A stretch of DNA of 32,000 nucleotides from Xylella taiwanensis (GTDB taxonomy: Bacteria > Pseudomonadota > Gammaproteobacteria > Xanthomonadales > Xanthomonadaceae): assembly GCF_013177435.1 (NCBI RefSeq), contig NZ_CP053627.1:240001-272000 (forward strand), read 5' to 3'. Below the pieces are notes generated by a model that searched no databases, was not told the origin of the DNA, and saw nothing but the letters and a program-made list of their open reading frames with translations. The translations under genes and the position numbers were made by a program. This document shows positions 1 through 11,568 of this stretch, in pieces. Each line of letters begins with the position of its first letter. Position 1 is the first letter of the stretch.

Positions 1-477
1 TGAAATCCACTTAGGATCGTCCCGATACCCAATACGTTGACATGTGGAGGTCGGTTAACCCAATTTTATGAATGGACTGAGTTTTAGATCGCTTTATAAA
101 CACAGCAGTGCTTTCAGGGAGGGATCTTTAATAGGATATTATCCGGATTCGCTGTTTCTAGTCCGATAAGTATCGATTATCGGCGTATTGGTGCGGTATC
201 TACTATGGAGCACACGTGGTTCACTTTCGATGGCTTACTGTGAATTACTAAAGTGTTTGGGCGATCCATGTTGGTTGTAACTCTTTTCCACCATACACAA
301 CAGAAAGGTACTCATCACTTGCACGTAGACGATGGATACGTCACTGCTCTGACATGGTGCTGTGTGAACTAATGACTGATGGGGAAGTGTTATTCAATCA
401 TCAATATGGCAGTACTAACACAGAAGAATACTTTTAGTGCGATGCATGATTTGGTCGCAGATCATACAAGCAGTGAC

Positions 478-1167
478 TTAGGTGCGTGACTGTTGGTCTG
501 TAGTTCGGGTGAACGGTATGTTATCTGGCGATACTGCACCACCAGAGATGATGAAACTCATCGCCTGATCCACACTCCAGCCGGTAGGCGTGAGTAGTTC
601 CACAGGGACGATTTCGAGATATCCAGAGGTTGGATTAGGCGTGGTCGGCACGTATACGGTTGCCAGTTCTCTGCCAGTATCGCGTTCGCGTATTACCCGT
701 GTTACCAGACCAACCGCTTTCATGTCTCGGTGCGGGAAATCGATCAGTACTACCCGTTGAGTGCTACCGGGTTGAGTCTGCAGAATGTCCAATAGTTTGC
801 GGGCGCTATCGTAAATGACACTGGCGAATGGGATGCGGCGCATGATGACTTCGAACCAGTGCAGCAGGCGCTGCCCGATCATACGTCGGCTGAGTGCCCC
901 TACGGATAGGATTGCCAGAAGCGTTACCGTTAGAGCAATTGTATTCTGCACCCATAATGCTTGAATCCAGCCAAGGTAGTCAGGGAAAGATGCAGCGATG
1001 CGCTGCGACAGTGGTACTACCCAAGGACTGCTGATACCTGAGAGCAGCGAGAATACGAACTTGACGACCACCCAGGTCAGCCATACTGGTAGCAGTGTCA
1101 ATAAGCCGGTGAGGAAGATGCGTTGCAGGGAGGGGCGTTGAGGAAGTGAGGAGGTATTTGGGGACAT
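478..1167 (-). CDS. DUF502 domain-containing membrane protein
   Basis: 229-aa ORF. The N-terminal half has hydrophobic helices (LTGLLTLLPVWLTWVVVKFVFSLL; IALTVTLLAILSVGAL). The C-terminal domain is soluble and contains ...TSGYLEIVP.... The architecture and motifs match the DUF502 family as I recall it. Confidence 0.8.
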   Translation of the reverse strand: MSPNTSSLPQRPSLQRIFLTGLLTLLPVWLTWVVVKFVFSLLSGISSPWVVPLSQRIAASFPDYLGWIQALWVQNTIALTVTLLAILSVGALSRRMIGQRLLHWFEVIMRRIPFASVIYDSARKLLDILQTQPGSTQRVVLIDFPHRDMKAVGLVTRVIRERDTGRELATVYVPTTPNPTSGYLEIVPVELLTPTGWSVDQAMSFIISGGAVSPDNIPFTRTTDQQSRT

Positions 1168-1974
1168 CTTGTTATTGTAGGGAATAGTGGGCAGCGCAGG
1201 TCAATGCAGTGTCAGTGTATTGGTCGTGACGGCGCGGTCCTGTTGATATCAGTATCCCGGAGCCCGTGTAGCTTGACTGGTTTTTTGGTGGGATGTGTCA
1301 TTGCAGCCAGTACGGAGAGCTCAAACTGATAAAGAGATATCTGTCAGATGCGTTTCGGTGGAGTTGCCTGGATGTTTTTCAGTGTTTGGTTGTTGTGTTG
1401 GTGAACTCATTTCACATGCGCGAGGAGCGTGTTTCTTGGTCCGTAAGGTATTTGGATCGGTCTTGATGCTATCCAGTGTCCAAGCGGGTTTCCCATATGT
1501 TTTAACAATGCATTGCTTGCGGACAGAGGTTTGGTATCGGTAATAGAAACCTGGAGGCTGTCTGTGTCAGATTGGTGCCGGCTTGCGCTTGGTGGCCTAA
1601 AGGGGAGCTAGTAGATTTCAGGATCAGATCATACAGCGGATGCAGTATTCCACATTTATCTGTGTTGTATGTTGTTAGCCTCAATATGTCTGAGTTGCAG
1701 CGTTTGCTGCTTAAATGGTGCTGATTACAGTCGATTGCTTGGCAGGATATGCCATGTTTATAAAGCACACAGAAGTGAAAGCGAGTCTTTCTTTAAATTA
1801 TTTAGCTGGCTTGGTAGTACTTATGCTTGGCGGCGAGGCTATTTTTCGGTGGCAATGTGTTTGGTTTCGGGGTCGTATCTCGAGCCCAGAACTGCTTTGC
1901 TGGAAGCAGCCTGGTGTAGTGAGGGCCAGGGACGGCACGATGTCTCCCCAGGGACTTTGCGGCAAGGGGCGCCT

Positions 1975-2592
1975 TCAGTTGTACTCCAATGCTGTTGCAT
2001 GCCCGGCGAGCGCAGGTGACAGCCAACTGTGTGAGCCCAATGCGGTGAAGCCGGCTGCGGTGAAACGGCGCCGGTACCAACCTGCCGGGCGCGGCTGAAA
2101 GCCTGTAATGTCACCGTCGAATGCGTCTTGGGCGGTAAAGATCTCTAGAAATGCTATACCGCCGCATAGCTCCGCAAGCCCCGGCAGAGCGCGCGTCAGT
2201 TCACGGGTCCGAACGTAATGCAGCACATCTGCACACACGAGCAAGTCCACCGGAGCACATGGGCGTAACCAGGAAAAATCACCGATCTGTGCTAGATGCA
2301 AGTTGCGTTGTATGCCATAGCGGCGTATCGCGTACTTACTACTATCAAAGCCTAGGTAGCGTACATGCGGCCGCAACATGAGTAACGGTTTGCGCCAAGC
2401 ACCCTCGCCACAGCCGATGTCCAGCACACTACGGATCGGTCGTTCTAGGTAATACTCGGCCTGTGATACGGCCAATGTGACCTTACGTCGCAGCCGTGCT
2501 GGGCTGCCCAGTTTCGCCTGACGGTACCAATGGTCAAAATAGTGATGATCATACGATTTGTCCATTCTGGACACTCGTTTCCTATGCGACAT
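1975..2592 (-). CDS. class I SAM-dependent methyltransferase
   Basis: Motif I LDIGCGEGAW, followed by a typical Rossmann-fold methyltransferase layout (...YLGFDSS..., ...DLLVCADVLHYV...). The start is uncertain: TTG at 2598, ATG at 2592, or ATG at 2565 (MDKSYDHHYF...). Confidence 0.75.
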   Translation of the reverse strand: MSHRKRVSRMDKSYDHHYFDHWYRQAKLGSPARLRRKVTLAVSQAEYYLERPIRSVLDIGCGEGAWRKPLLMLRPHVRYLGFDSSKYAIRRYGIQRNLHLAQIGDFSWLRPCAPVDLLVCADVLHYVRTRELTRALPGLAELCGGIAFLEIFTAQDAFDGDITGFQPRPAGWYRRRFTAAGFTALGSHSWLSPALAGHATALEYN

Positions 2593-2638
2593 CGGCAAAA
2601 ATGCTAAGTATCCTAATGTGAATCGACGGAGTTAACCT

Positions 2639-3091
2639 ATGGCTTTGTACTTCTGGATCAAGACATTTCATCTGCTGTTCGTGATTGCTTGGATGGCGGC
2701 CGTCTTCTACCTGCCGCGTATCTTGGTCAACGTCGCCGAAGTCAATGGTCAGTCGGAGGTACAGACACGCCTGACGCAGATGGGGCGGCGTTTATACGTG
2801 TTCGGGCACATCATGTTTGGGTTGAGTTTCTTACTTGGTTTGCTGTTGTCGTTGGGTTATCGCGTTATTCCTGCGTTTCCAACCATGGTTGGAAACGGCA
2901 GCAATTGGTTGCATGCCAAGGTTGGGTTGGTGATGTTGATCGTTGTGCATTACATAGTGTCTGGGTACTGGCTCAAGCATGTCGCGCGTGGAGGCGCGCT
3001 GCCGGCAGCACGTACGCTACGCTTGTTCAATGAAATCCCGGTGGTTCTGCTGGTCGGCATCCTTTGGCTGGCATTTGCCAAGCCATTCTGA
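2639..3091 (+). CDS. hemJ: protoporphyrinogen oxidase HemJ family (UPF0093/CopD-like) membrane protein
   Basis: 150-aa four-helix membrane protein. The N-terminus is WIKTFHLLFVIAWMAAVFYLPRILV and the C-terminus is FNEIPVVLLVGILWLAFAKPF. Both closely parallel HemJ signatures (LHI..VI.W.AGL.YLPRLFVY ... NE.P......I....V.KPF). GGAG sits 9 nt upstream of the ATG. Confidence 0.8.
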   Translation: MALYFWIKTFHLLFVIAWMAAVFYLPRILVNVAEVNGQSEVQTRLTQMGRRLYVFGHIMFGLSFLLGLLLSLGYRVIPAFPTMVGNGSNWLHAKVGLVMLIVVHYIVSGYWLKHVARGGALPAARTLRLFNEIPVVLLVGILWLAFAKPF

Positions 3092-3257
3092 GTCGGCCCA
3101 ATCCAGTGTGGTGAGAGCGGCGTACTGTTTCGCCTGGGCTTCTTTGAGTTTTGTCCGCTACTAGCGTCCGCACGTGGTAGCAGGTTCATGGTGATTGGGA
3201 GGCCACTTCATTCCGGTGGTATTGGCAGTGTTTTTGACCAGCTATGTACGCGATGTT

Positions 3258-4217
3258 TCAATGGTTCTCGTAGGCCCCATAAGCGCGCAGGCGTTTGTAA
3301 CGCTGATTGAGCAGCGTTGCAACCGGAACTTTCTCCAATGCTTCGAGTTCATTGAGCAGTACTGCTTTCAGACGCTTGGCCATCTGTTGTGGATTGCGGT
3401 GTGCGCCGCCAATTGGCTCGCGGACCACTTTGTCGATTAGGCCGAATTCTTTCAGTCGGCGTGCAGTGAGATTGAGTTGTTCAGCAGCATCGCTCGCCTT
3501 GGTGGCGTCCTTCCATAGGATCGAGGCGCAGCCTTCGGGGGTGATGACGGAGTACGTGCTGTACTCGAGCATCAGTGTACGGTCTCCGATGCCGATCGCC
3601 AAAGCACCACCGGAACCGCCTTCGCCGATCACGGTGCAGATGACGGGGATCTTCAGCTCGGCCATTTCAATGAGATTGCTGGCGATTGCTTCCGATTGAT
3701 TACGTTCTTCGGCGTCGATACCGGGCCAGGCACCCATCGTATCGATGAACGTCAACAGAGGGAGACCGAAGCGTTCAGCCAGCTTCATCAAGCGCAATGC
3801 TTTACGGTAGCCTTCGGGCTTAGGCATGCCAAAGTTGCGCATCAAGCGTTCTTTGTTGTCACGCCCTTTTTGATGTCCGATAAGCATCACGGGACGGTGG
3901 CCGATGCGGGCGAGGCCTCCAACGATTGCTTTATCGTCGGCAAAGGCGCGATCCCCGGCTAATTCCTGGAACTCGTCGCAGACAATGGACACGTAGTCCA
4001 GGGTGTAAGGGCGCCGTGGATGTCGGGCCAATTGTGAGATTTGCCAAGCCGACAAATTGCGGAAGATCTGCGCAGTGCGCAGCCGCAGCTTGTTCTCAAG
4101 TGCGCGCACTTCGGTGTCGACATTGATCGCCGGACCGGTGCTGGCGGTACGCAGCTCCTGAATCTTGGTTTCCAGATCGGCGATGGGTTGCTCGAAGTCG
4201 AGATAGTTTGGATTCAT
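3258..4217 (-). CDS. accA: acetyl-CoA carboxylase carboxyltransferase subunit alpha
   Basis: [23 protein letters not shown]... through ...GGAHRNP... is canonical AccA. The ORF-track entry (to 4379) carries a 54-aa non-homologous leader that overlaps the dnaE 3' end. The ATG at 4217 gives a 319-aa protein of normal AccA length. Confidence 0.95.
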   Translation of the reverse strand: MNPNYLDFEQPIADLETKIQELRTASTGPAINVDTEVRALENKLRLRTAQIFRNLSAWQISQLARHPRRPYTLDYVSIVCDEFQELAGDRAFADDKAIVGGLARIGHRPVMLIGHQKGRDNKERLMRNFGMPKPEGYRKALRLMKLAERFGLPLLTFIDTMGAWPGIDAEERNQSEAIASNLIEMAELKIPVICTVIGEGGSGGALAIGIGDRTLMLEYSTYSVITPEGCASILWKDATKASDAAEQLNLTARRLKEFGLIDKVVREPIGGAHRNPQQMAKRLKAVLLNELEALEKVPVATLLNQRYKRLRAYGAYENH

Positions 4218-4311
4218 GGCAAACCGTCTTTGACGTAAGGCGGCAAGTGTAGCCGAATAACTCCGCAACCTGACGTGGATTGTTTCCGTGTGTGGTCTGC
4301 TGTGGTCTTGT

Positions 4312-7300
4312 TCACTGCACCCAAGGTGGAGTGTATTTGACCTTAAGCGTATACACAGCTGGGTCCTTTTGCAGCTCATCCAGCAGTGATTGTTCGATAC
4401 GCACAGACTGGTGGCTGCTCAAGTCGAGCATGCCAGCGACGGGCCCCTGGGTTGAATTCAGCAGCATATCCAGGCGCAATGTGGTGTTCCCGGGGCGATG
4501 GCGTGCCAGGATGGCGTCGATCCTCTTCCATGCTTGAGGGGAGCGCAGGTCGACACGTAGCGACAAGCGTTGCGCATAGTCCGTACAGATTTGCGCGTAA
4601 TCCCAGCATTGACGGATACGTAGGCTGTAGCCACCGTTAAATTCATCTTCCCGCAGACCACCCTTGACGATCAGTACGCGGTCGCGGGTTAACAGGTGAC
4701 CGAACTCTGCCATCGTTTCCGAGAACGCACTGCACTCAACCCGACCGCGTCCGTCTTCAAGTTGTACAAATACTTGGCTGTCTCCCTTGCGGCGCACACC
4801 GACAACCAATCCCGCCAGGATGGTGTTTACCTCCGGGAACCACGTGCGTTTTTCACCGTTGCCACGTTGCTGGGAGCCAAGAATTCTTTCAATCGCATTG
4901 GCGTTCAGATCGCAGCCAACAAGCTCCTTAATTTCCTTACGATATGGATCGAACGGATGGCCGCTGAAGTAAAGGCCCAGAGTTTCCCGCTCTCCGTTCA
5001 GTATGCGTGTCAGTGGCCATTCTTCGGATTCTTGAAGATCCAATTCGATTGCTGGTGTGCTCGGGTCTGAGTTGCCGAAAAGCGAGTTTTGCCCGGACTC
5101 GCGTTCTCTGGACATCTGTTCGGTCGCTTTGATGACTTCTGGTAGTTGGAGCATGAGCGAGGCGCGGTTTTTGCCTAGTTCGTCCAGTGCGCCAGCATGG
5201 ATCATGGCCTCAAGTGCACGCCGGTTGAGTTTGGCTGAGGCAACCCGGGTGCAGAAATCGGGCAGTGAAGTGTACGGACCGTTGTGCAACCGTTCTTTGA
5301 CAACGGCCTCGCAGACGCCTTGTCCGACACCTTTGATAGCGCCGAGGCCGTATTGGATGGTGTCGGCATGAGTCGCCTCGAACATGTAGGTTGAGTCATT
5401 GATCCGTGGTGGCAGTACCTTCAGATCAAGGTTGCGTGCCTCGTCGAGGAAGCCGACGACCTTGTCGGTGTTGTCCATGTCCGAGGACAGCGTGGCTGCC
5501 ATGAACTCAGCAGGGTAATGGCGTTTGAGCCAGGCGGTTTGGTAGCTGACCAGCGCGTATGCAGCGGCGTGCGATTTATTAAAGCCGTAGCCGGCAAATT
5601 TCTCCATGAGGTCAAAGATTTCATCTGCTTTGATAGCGTCTACGCCACCCTTGGCTGCGCCCTCACGGAAGATCTCGCGGTGCTTGGCCATCTCGGCAGG
5701 TACTTTCTTTCCCATTGCGCGGCGTAGCAAGTCGGCGCTGCCCAGCGAGTAACCACCGACAATCTGGGCCATCTGCATGACTTGTTCCTGGTACACCATG
5801 ATGCCGTAGGTGTCTTTCAGGATGTTCTTGGTGCGCGGATCGGGATAGATAATCTCCTGCTCTCCGTGCTTGCGCGCGGTGAATTCTGGGATCAAGTCCA
5901 TGGGGCCTGGTCGATACAGAGACACCAGTGCGATCAGATCTTCGAAGCGGTCTGGGCGTGCATCCTTGAGGAGGCGGCGCATGCCTGAGGATTCAAACTG
6001 GAATACTGCGCTGGTGTTCCCCGATGCGAAGATGTCTTTGTAAGTTGGTACGTCATCTAGCGGGATTGCCGTGATGTCTACCGGATCAATACCAACGCGG
6101 GCGTGGCGCGTGTTGATGGCCTTCACGGCCCAATCAATGATGGTTAATGTGCGCAGACCGAGGAAGTCAAATTTCACCAGGCCGACTTCTTCCACGTCGT
6201 TTTTGTCGAATTGAGTGACCGGGTTTTTGCCGCGTCCGTTTTCGTCGTGTTCCGCAAAGAGTGGACAGAATTCAGTGAGCGGGTTCGGTGCGATCACTAC
6301 ACCGCCGGCGTGTTTGCCAGCATTGCGGGTCAGATCTTCGAGTTGGCGTGCCAGGTTTATCAGTTCACGTACGTCCTCCTCGGTTTTGTAGCGTTGCATC
6401 AGTTCTGGCGAGGAGGTTTCGTTCGTCTCGCCTTCGCCCATCGCATCTTTCAGGGTGATCCCAAGGGTGTTCGGGATCAGTTTAGCGACACCGTCGACCA
6501 GACCATACGGGAAACCCAATACACGGCCGACATCGCGCACCACTGCTTTTGCAGCCATGGTGCCGTAGGTGATGATTTGGCTGACCCGTTCGCGACCGTA
6601 CTTGCGTGCGACATAGTCGATCACCTCATCGCGGCGTTCCATACAAAAATCGATGTCGAAATCCGGCATCGACACGCGTTCTGGATTAAGAAAGCGCTCG
6701 AACAGCAGGTTGTATGGAAGGGGGTCCAGGTCGGTAATCAGTAGCGCCCACGCTACCAGCGAACCGGCACCAGAACCGCGCCCCGGGCCGATGGGGATGC
6801 CGTGTTGTTTACCCCACTGAATGAAGTCGGCCACGATCAGGAAGTAACCGGAAAAACCCATCTTGATGATGGTGTCCAGCTCGAATTCCAGACGTGTGAA
6901 GTAGTCTGCGCGTGTTTGTCCAGGTGCCAGCGGGTGTTTCAGCAGACGTGCCTCTAGACCGTCGTGTGATTGCTTGCTGATCCAACTGTCCAGCGTTTCG
7001 TCATTGGGAATGGGGTAGGCGGGTAAGAAATAGGTGCCCAACCGCATCTCGATGTTGCAGCGTTGTGCCAGGGTGCTTGTGTTGTCCAGTGCGTCTGGGA
7101 TGTCAGCAAACAGTACCGCCATCTCTTCGGAGGAGCGCAGATACTGCTGTTCGCTGTAATTGCGTGGTCGCTTAGGATCGTCGAGCATGCGTCCGGAAGC
7201 GATACAGACACGTGCTTCGTGCGCCAGAAAGTCGCTTGGTGCTAGGAAGCGAACGTCGTTGCTGGCAACCACCGGCAGGCCACGTATGCCGGCGATTTGG

Positions 7301-7893
7301 AGTGCGAATTGATTGAACTGTTCTTCGCCCTCGCGTCCGGTGCGCGTCAGTTCCAGGTGCAAGCCGTCACCGAACACGCGTTGCCAGTCTGCTAGTTGCT
7401 GTTCGGCCAGATCAGCACGACCTTCGGCGAACAGGTATCCAGCCAAGCTGTCGCGCCCGACCAGGGCGAATAGATTTTTGTGGTGGTCACGGACCCAGTC
7501 CGGGTGCAACGCCACTCCTCCCTCAGGGCGGTGACCTTCCAGCCAACCACGGCTGATCAGTTGCGATAGATTCAGGTAGCCTGTGTGATCGCGACACAGC
7601 AAAGTCATCCGCCACGGTGTTTGCTCTGGTTCGGCGATGATGAGATCGGCGCCGCTGATCGGCTTGATGCCGACGGTTTCAGCGGCCTTATAGAACTTGA
7701 TCAGTGCGAACAGGTTGTTCAGATCTGTCACCGCCAGTGCTGGCAGTCCGAGTTCAACAGCCCGGCTGATTAGGTTGGCTTGCTTAGCTTTTTTCGGGTG
7801 AGCTTGATCTGGTTTTTCGGGCACGCGAATCGTTGAATCCGCCAACGAGAATTCGGTGTGAATATGGAGATGAACGAATGGGGGCGTGGACAT
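4312..7893 (-). CDS. dnaE: DNA polymerase III subunit alpha
   Basis: N-terminal PHP domain ([15 protein letters not shown]), followed by the polymerase core ([31 protein letters not shown]) and a C-terminal OB-fold region. The start is trimmed to the ATG at 7893 ([10 protein letters not shown]...), giving 1193 aa. Confidence 0.97.
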   Translation of the reverse strand: MSTPPFVHLHIHTEFSLADSTIRVPEKPDQAHPKKAKQANLISRAVELGLPALAVTDLNNLFALIKFYKAAETVGIKPISGADLIIAEPEQTPWRMTLLCRDHTGYLNLSQLISRGWLEGHRPEGGVALHPDWVRDHHKNLFALVGRDSLAGYLFAEGRADLAEQQLADWQRVFGDGLHLELTRTGREGEEQFNQFALQIAGIRGLPVVASNDVRFLAPSDFLAHEARVCIASGRMLDDPKRPRNYSEQQYLRSSEEMAVLFADIPDALDNTSTLAQRCNIEMRLGTYFLPAYPIPNDETLDSWISKQSHDGLEARLLKHPLAPGQTRADYFTRLEFELDTIIKMGFSGYFLIVADFIQWGKQHGIPIGPGRGSGAGSLVAWALLITDLDPLPYNLLFERFLNPERVSMPDFDIDFCMERRDEVIDYVARKYGRERVSQIITYGTMAAKAVVRDVGRVLGFPYGLVDGVAKLIPNTLGITLKDAMGEGETNETSSPELMQRYKTEEDVRELINLARQLEDLTRNAGKHAGGVVIAPNPLTEFCPLFAEHDENGRGKNPVTQFDKNDVEEVGLVKFDFLGLRTLTIIDWAVKAINTRHARVGIDPVDITAIPLDDVPTYKDIFASGNTSAVFQFESSGMRRLLKDARPDRFEDLIALVSLYRPGPMDLIPEFTARKHGEQEIIYPDPRTKNILKDTYGIMVYQEQVMQMAQIVGGYSLGSADLLRRAMGKKVPAEMAKHREIFREGAAKGGVDAIKADEIFDLMEKFAGYGFNKSHAAAYALVSYQTAWLKRHYPAEFMAATLSSDMDNTDKVVGFLDEARNLDLKVLPPRINDSTYMFEATHADTIQYGLGAIKGVGQGVCEAVVKERLHNGPYTSLPDFCTRVASAKLNRRALEAMIHAGALDELGKNRASLMLQLPEVIKATEQMSRERESGQNSLFGNSDPSTPAIELDLQESEEWPLTRILNGERETLGLYFSGHPFDPYRKEIKELVGCDLNANAIERILGSQQRGNGEKRTWFPEVNTILAGLVVGVRRKGDSQVFVQLEDGRGRVECSAFSETMAEFGHLLTRDRVLIVKGGLREDEFNGGYSLRIRQCWDYAQICTDYAQRLSLRVDLRSPQAWKRIDAILARHRPGNTTLRLDMLLNSTQGPVAGMLDLSSHQSVRIEQSLLDELQKDPAVYTLKVKYTPPWVQ

Positions 7894-8391
7894 GCCGAAC
7901 CGGCGCAGTAATGCGTTCGGCAGATTAGCTGTGGTCGGAGGAAGGGACAAGCCTTGACAGGGCCTGTCCTGACCCAAGTTTAAGGCGTGTCATAGTAATC
8001 ATAGTGACGAAGGAGCGATGCTGGAGACTCGTGGGGTAGCTATCTCAGAACCACTTGGTTGCATATGAGTCGAGTGTGTGTGGTACTTGTTCAAAGGAAT
8101 TTAGGACTTTAGAGCATGTCATGTGTTTGCGTGACTTATTCATCTGTTGGCATGTTTTAAGTGGTGTAAAGGCCATGGAAGCAATCATCGTGCATGGATC
8201 AGGACTCCTGTTTGTGCCGACTTTCGGGCGTGGGCTGTCCTAATGGGATACGCATCCTGTCCGGCGAGAACTCAAATCGGGATTGCATTTGCATGGTGTG
8301 GAGTGAGTTGGGTCACCAGTATGTGAATGAGGTTTGCCATGTTATAGCTTCGATTAGTGCGCGTTCCGGTCTGGACGGACTCACAGGGGAG

Positions 8392-9318
8392 TCAATCGAT
8401 GTTAATTCCTGCCAGTCGCTGCAGCGCTTCAGCGTACTTGGTGCGGGTACGTTCGATGATGTCCTGCGGCAGCGTTGGACCTGGTGCGGTTTTGTCCCAC
8501 TCCAGTGTCTCCAGGTAGTTACGTACGAACTGCTTGTCGTAACTTGGCGGGCTGGTGCCGACTTGGTATTCGTCGACGGGCCAGTAGCGTGATGAGTCCG
8601 GAGTGAGCATCTCATCCATTACGTATAAGCGGCCGTCGATGTCAGTGCCGAACTCGAACTTGGTATCGGCTAGCAGGATGCCGCATTCGGCGGCGTACTT
8701 GGCAGCGAAGTGATAAATGCGCAATGTGGCGTCCCGCATACGTTCAGCCAGCTCAGCGCCGACCATCTTGACCATCGTGTCAAAGTCGATGTTTTCGTCG
8801 TGGCGGCCGACGGCTGCTTTGGTTGATGGGGTGAAAATTGGTTCAGGTAACTTCTCGGCCTGTCGCAGGCCGTCGGGTAACTTAATGCCGCTGACTTTTC
8901 CGGTACGCTGGTAATCCTTCCAGCCGCTGCCGATCAAATAGCCGCGTGCGATTGCTTCAATTCTTACCGGCTTGAGTTTCTTGGTGACTACCGCGCGTTG
9001 TGTGTATAGCGCTTTGTCGATGCCGTCAGGGAGTACCCCAGCAACGTCGATGCCAGTCAAGTGGTTTGGCATCAGGTGCTCGGTCTTCTGGAACCAAAAA
9101 TTGGAAATTTGGCACAATATCTCGCCTTTCCCAGGGATCGGGTCGGGTAGGACAACGTCAAACGCTGAGAGACGGTCAGTGGCGACGATCAGCAGGTATT
9201 CCCCGGGTCGCGTGTCGACCGGAAAGCGTTCACGGGGAAGGTCGAATACATCACGGACTTTGCCACAGTGACGCAATGGCAGGTCGGGAAGATCGGATTG
9301 CAACAGCGTAGTCAGCAC
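8392..9318 (-). CDS. purC: phosphoribosylaminoimidazole-succinocarboxamide synthase (SAICAR synthetase)
   Basis: 308 aa, long-form PurC (GKVRDVF..., [21 protein letters not shown]). GTG start at 9318 is preceded by GAGGAG. Confidence 0.94.
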   Translation of the reverse strand: MLTTLLQSDLPDLPLRHCGKVRDVFDLPRERFPVDTRPGEYLLIVATDRLSAFDVVLPDPIPGKGEILCQISNFWFQKTEHLMPNHLTGIDVAGVLPDGIDKALYTQRAVVTKKLKPVRIEAIARGYLIGSGWKDYQRTGKVSGIKLPDGLRQAEKLPEPIFTPSTKAAVGRHDENIDFDTMVKMVGAELAERMRDATLRIYHFAAKYAAECGILLADTKFEFGTDIDGRLYVMDEMLTPDSSRYWPVDEYQVGTSPPSYDKQFVRNYLETLEWDKTAPGPTLPQDIIERTRTKYAEALQRLAGINID

Positions 9319-9810
9319 GAGGTGCTCCTCATTAAGTGACGTCGTGATAGCTCGTTTCCGGGGGGGCGGGGATGACTAAACCCACGGTAGAAAAGGGAAA
9401 CCTAGTGTACGGTGATTTTACTTAGTCCGTAGCTGCTCCTATGGGCTGCGTGCATCGGAGTGAGCGTGCCCTTGAGGCTGCTTCAGACCATCTCAAAATG
9501 TGCCAACGGTGTACTCCAATCCTCCTTTGCGATGAGCGGTGATATTTGCCAAAAATCTGAGGTGCGACCCAGGTAGCTTCTAAGTTGGGGGGCAACGGAT
9601 GTTGTTTCGGCAAACGGGTGAGAATAACCATTGCAAGCGTGTTACCAGCAGGACGTTATAGAGCCGCCGTTAAAGAGGCCTAGGGGCTTTAAAATTTTAA
9701 GTAGCCAAATGTCTTCAGGTGATTTTATTCATGGTCTTTACATAAGGCGTGAGTTTTGACTCGGCCTCGGTAGAATATCTACCTAATCTGCCCATTGGCC
9801 CGCAATCGTG

Positions 9811-10140
9811 ATGCACTGGTACGGAAAATTGCTTGGTTTCATTGTTGGAGCACTGTTGTTCCGATCCAATCCGGTATTTGGTTTGCTGCTTGGCTTGGTG
9901 ATTGGTCACGGTGTGGATAAGGGGTGGTTCAAACGTCCAGATGATGATCCTTACCGAGTCATGGGACTGAGTACGGAGGCCACGAATGCCGAGATCGAGT
10001 TGGCGTACCGTCGGCTGATGTCCAGGTACCATCCCGATAAATTGGTTCAGGCTGCACCGGAGCTGCGCGAGCAGGCTGAACAGAAGGTGCGCAAAATCAA
10101 TGCTGCTTATGACCGTATCCAGCGTCGATGCCGGCGTTGA
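9811..10140 (+). CDS. membrane-anchored J-domain co-chaperone, DjlA-like but lacking the central domain
   Basis: The N-terminus [37 protein letters not shown] parallels the E. coli DjlA membrane anchor ([35 protein letters not shown]). The C-terminus [38 protein letters not shown] is a J domain with an HPD motif. It is only 109 aa. An alternative GTG start lies at 9808. Confidence 0.8.
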   Translation: MHWYGKLLGFIVGALLFRSNPVFGLLLGLVIGHGVDKGWFKRPDDDPYRVMGLSTEATNAEIELAYRRLMSRYHPDKLVQAAPELREQAEQKVRKINAAYDRIQRRCRR

Positions 10141-10189
10141 TCTTGGCACCGGTATCGCGTCCTTCATTTTCTTTTTCTCAGAGCGTTTC

Positions 10190-10861
10190 ATGTCCGATTG
10201 CTTGATTGCTCCGTCGATTCTGTCAGCCGACTTCGCCCGTCTTGGCTCTGAGGTGGATGCCGTACTCGCGGCTGGTGCCGATTGGATTCATTTCGATGTC
10301 ATGGATAACCATTACGTACCGAATCTGACTATCGGTCCGATGGTGTGCAAGGCGTTGCGTGGCTACGGTATTACTGCGCCGATTGATGTGCATTTGATGG
10401 TTGAGCCTGTGGACCGTATAGTCCCTGATTTTGCTCAGGCTGGTGCCAGCATGATCAGCTTCCACATGGAAGCCAGCCGTCATGTGCATCGTACCATCCA
10501 GCTCATCAAGTCCCATGGTTGTATGGTTGGCCTAGTACTTAATCCGGCGACATCGGTGGATATGTTGGATTGGGTGCTACCTGAGTTGGATCTTGTGCTG
10601 TTGATGTCGGTCAATCCGGGCTTTGGTGGCCAGGCGTTCATTCCTTCTACACTGGACAAGCTTCGCTTGGTGCGTAAAAAGATCGATACGCTTGGTAAGC
10701 CTGTGCGATTGGAGATCGATGGTGGAGTCAGCATTGACAATATTGGTGCGATCGCTGAGGCCGGCGCTGATACCTTTGTTGCCGGTTCGGCCATCTTTCA
10801 ATCACGTGACTATGCTGAGGTGATCGCTCAGATGCGTGCGGCGGTTGCGGCGCTGCGGTGA
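10190..10861 (+). CDS. rpe: ribulose-phosphate 3-epimerase
   Basis: [22 protein letters not shown]..., [14 protein letters not shown] and [14 protein letters not shown] are canonical Rpe. The ORF-track start at 10100 adds 30 non-homologous residues. The ATG at 10190 gives 223 aa. Confidence 0.95.
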   Translation: MSDCLIAPSILSADFARLGSEVDAVLAAGADWIHFDVMDNHYVPNLTIGPMVCKALRGYGITAPIDVHLMVEPVDRIVPDFAQAGASMISFHMEASRHVHRTIQLIKSHGCMVGLVLNPATSVDMLDWVLPELDLVLLMSVNPGFGGQAFIPSTLDKLRLVRKKIDTLGKPVRLEIDGGVSIDNIGAIAEAGADTFVAGSAIFQSRDYAEVIAQMRAAVAALR

Positions 10862-11568
10862 GATAGCCGTATCGGTGATCGGTCCGATTGCGTTGCATCA
10901 GTGAAGTGGCCACATTGATTGGATTCGCAGTGTATGGGTGGGATGCTGAGCTGGTGTTGTTGTGTCATCTTGTGCGGCTGACAGCGGAGATCAGCCGCAG
11001 TGACCGAGATGAGGTACCAGAGTCTGGTTGATGGATGCAGATGTGATGTATCAATGACGAAGTACTCTGTCGTTTTGCTGCTGTGCCCTGAGTCAGCATG
11101 TTTCAAAGACTGCCTTCCGGAAGAACTGGTAAGTGGGGGTGGTCTCCCATCTACTGTTCCTCATTGCCACATTGTGTGTTTCGAATAGATGCAGTGACCT
11201 GGATATAGCATCGTTGTTGTGTATGTACGACTTGGGGGCGTTGCTGCCTTATCCCGTTTTTTCTCCCTTGATGCAGACTTTGTTGAGTTTTGTTGATGTT
11301 CAATAGCAAAGCTGCCAATGCTTCTGCGTCCAGGAAAGGGGAATGCGCATTAACACTTTGTGTTGTGTCTTGATGGAATCTCTGTAAAGACATTCGTCGG
11401 TTTTTCGTGGGTGGCACATGTCATCGTCGATCAGACAGCGGACTTTGTCTTGGTAGATCATGGTCGAAGTTGTCGATAGCGTTTGACATGGATCACTGAT
11501 CGCACACATGACCGACATGAGCTGTGACTACCCGCGCCAGTGTTTATCAGCACCTTATTGCCCTACTA

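Noticed and set aside
163-183. The hairpin CCGATAA-gtatcga-TTATCGG, and the similar CCGATA-ca-TATCGG at about 20452-20465.
   Set aside because: These are short AT-containing stems in non-coding DNA with no U-tract or adjacent gene context. The similarity between the two is limited to a 6-mer.
1295-2114. A pile of mutually overlapping 60-130 aa ORFs on both strands between the DUF502 and methyltransferase genes.
   Set aside because: They overlap each other in several frames, have no motifs, and some merely shadow the 3' end of the methyltransferase gene.
4218-4379. The N-terminal 54-aa extension of the accA ORF, which overlaps the dnaE 3' end. The dnaE (7894-7977), rpe (10100-10189), pstS (21753-22001), porin (21894-21989), DUF885 (27020-27301) and tgt (30531-30587) ORFs have similar extensions.
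   Set aside because: The extensions have no homology to the respective families. They overlap neighbouring genes or promoters, and internal ATG/TTG starts with Shine-Dalgarno-like sequences reproduce the canonical N-termini.
6211-6744. 177-aa plus-strand ORF inside dnaE, together with the other short ORFs at 4386-7773.
   Set aside because: They are antisense or alternate-frame shadows of a long, well-supported dnaE gene. They have low-complexity composition and no recognisable motifs.
9319-9420. A possible ZTP (pfl) or other purine riboswitch in the purC leader.
   Set aside because: Reading the minus strand, I found neither the conserved GGGUCGUGACUGGCG-type 5' element nor the CCGCCUGGGC 3' pseudoknot element.
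9715-10191. 158-aa minus-strand ORF.
   Set aside because: It is antisense to the DjlA-like gene and the rpe 5' end. It has no motifs, and the plus-strand genes are strongly supported.
10916-11030. A possible gph (HAD phosphatase) N-terminal remnant, LIGFAVYGWDAELV...EVPES.
   Set aside because: Only about 4-5 of 14 positions match HAD motif I, and the catalytic Asp residues are not preserved. This is too weak to call a pseudogene without a tblastn result, so it is mentioned only as a lead in the findings.
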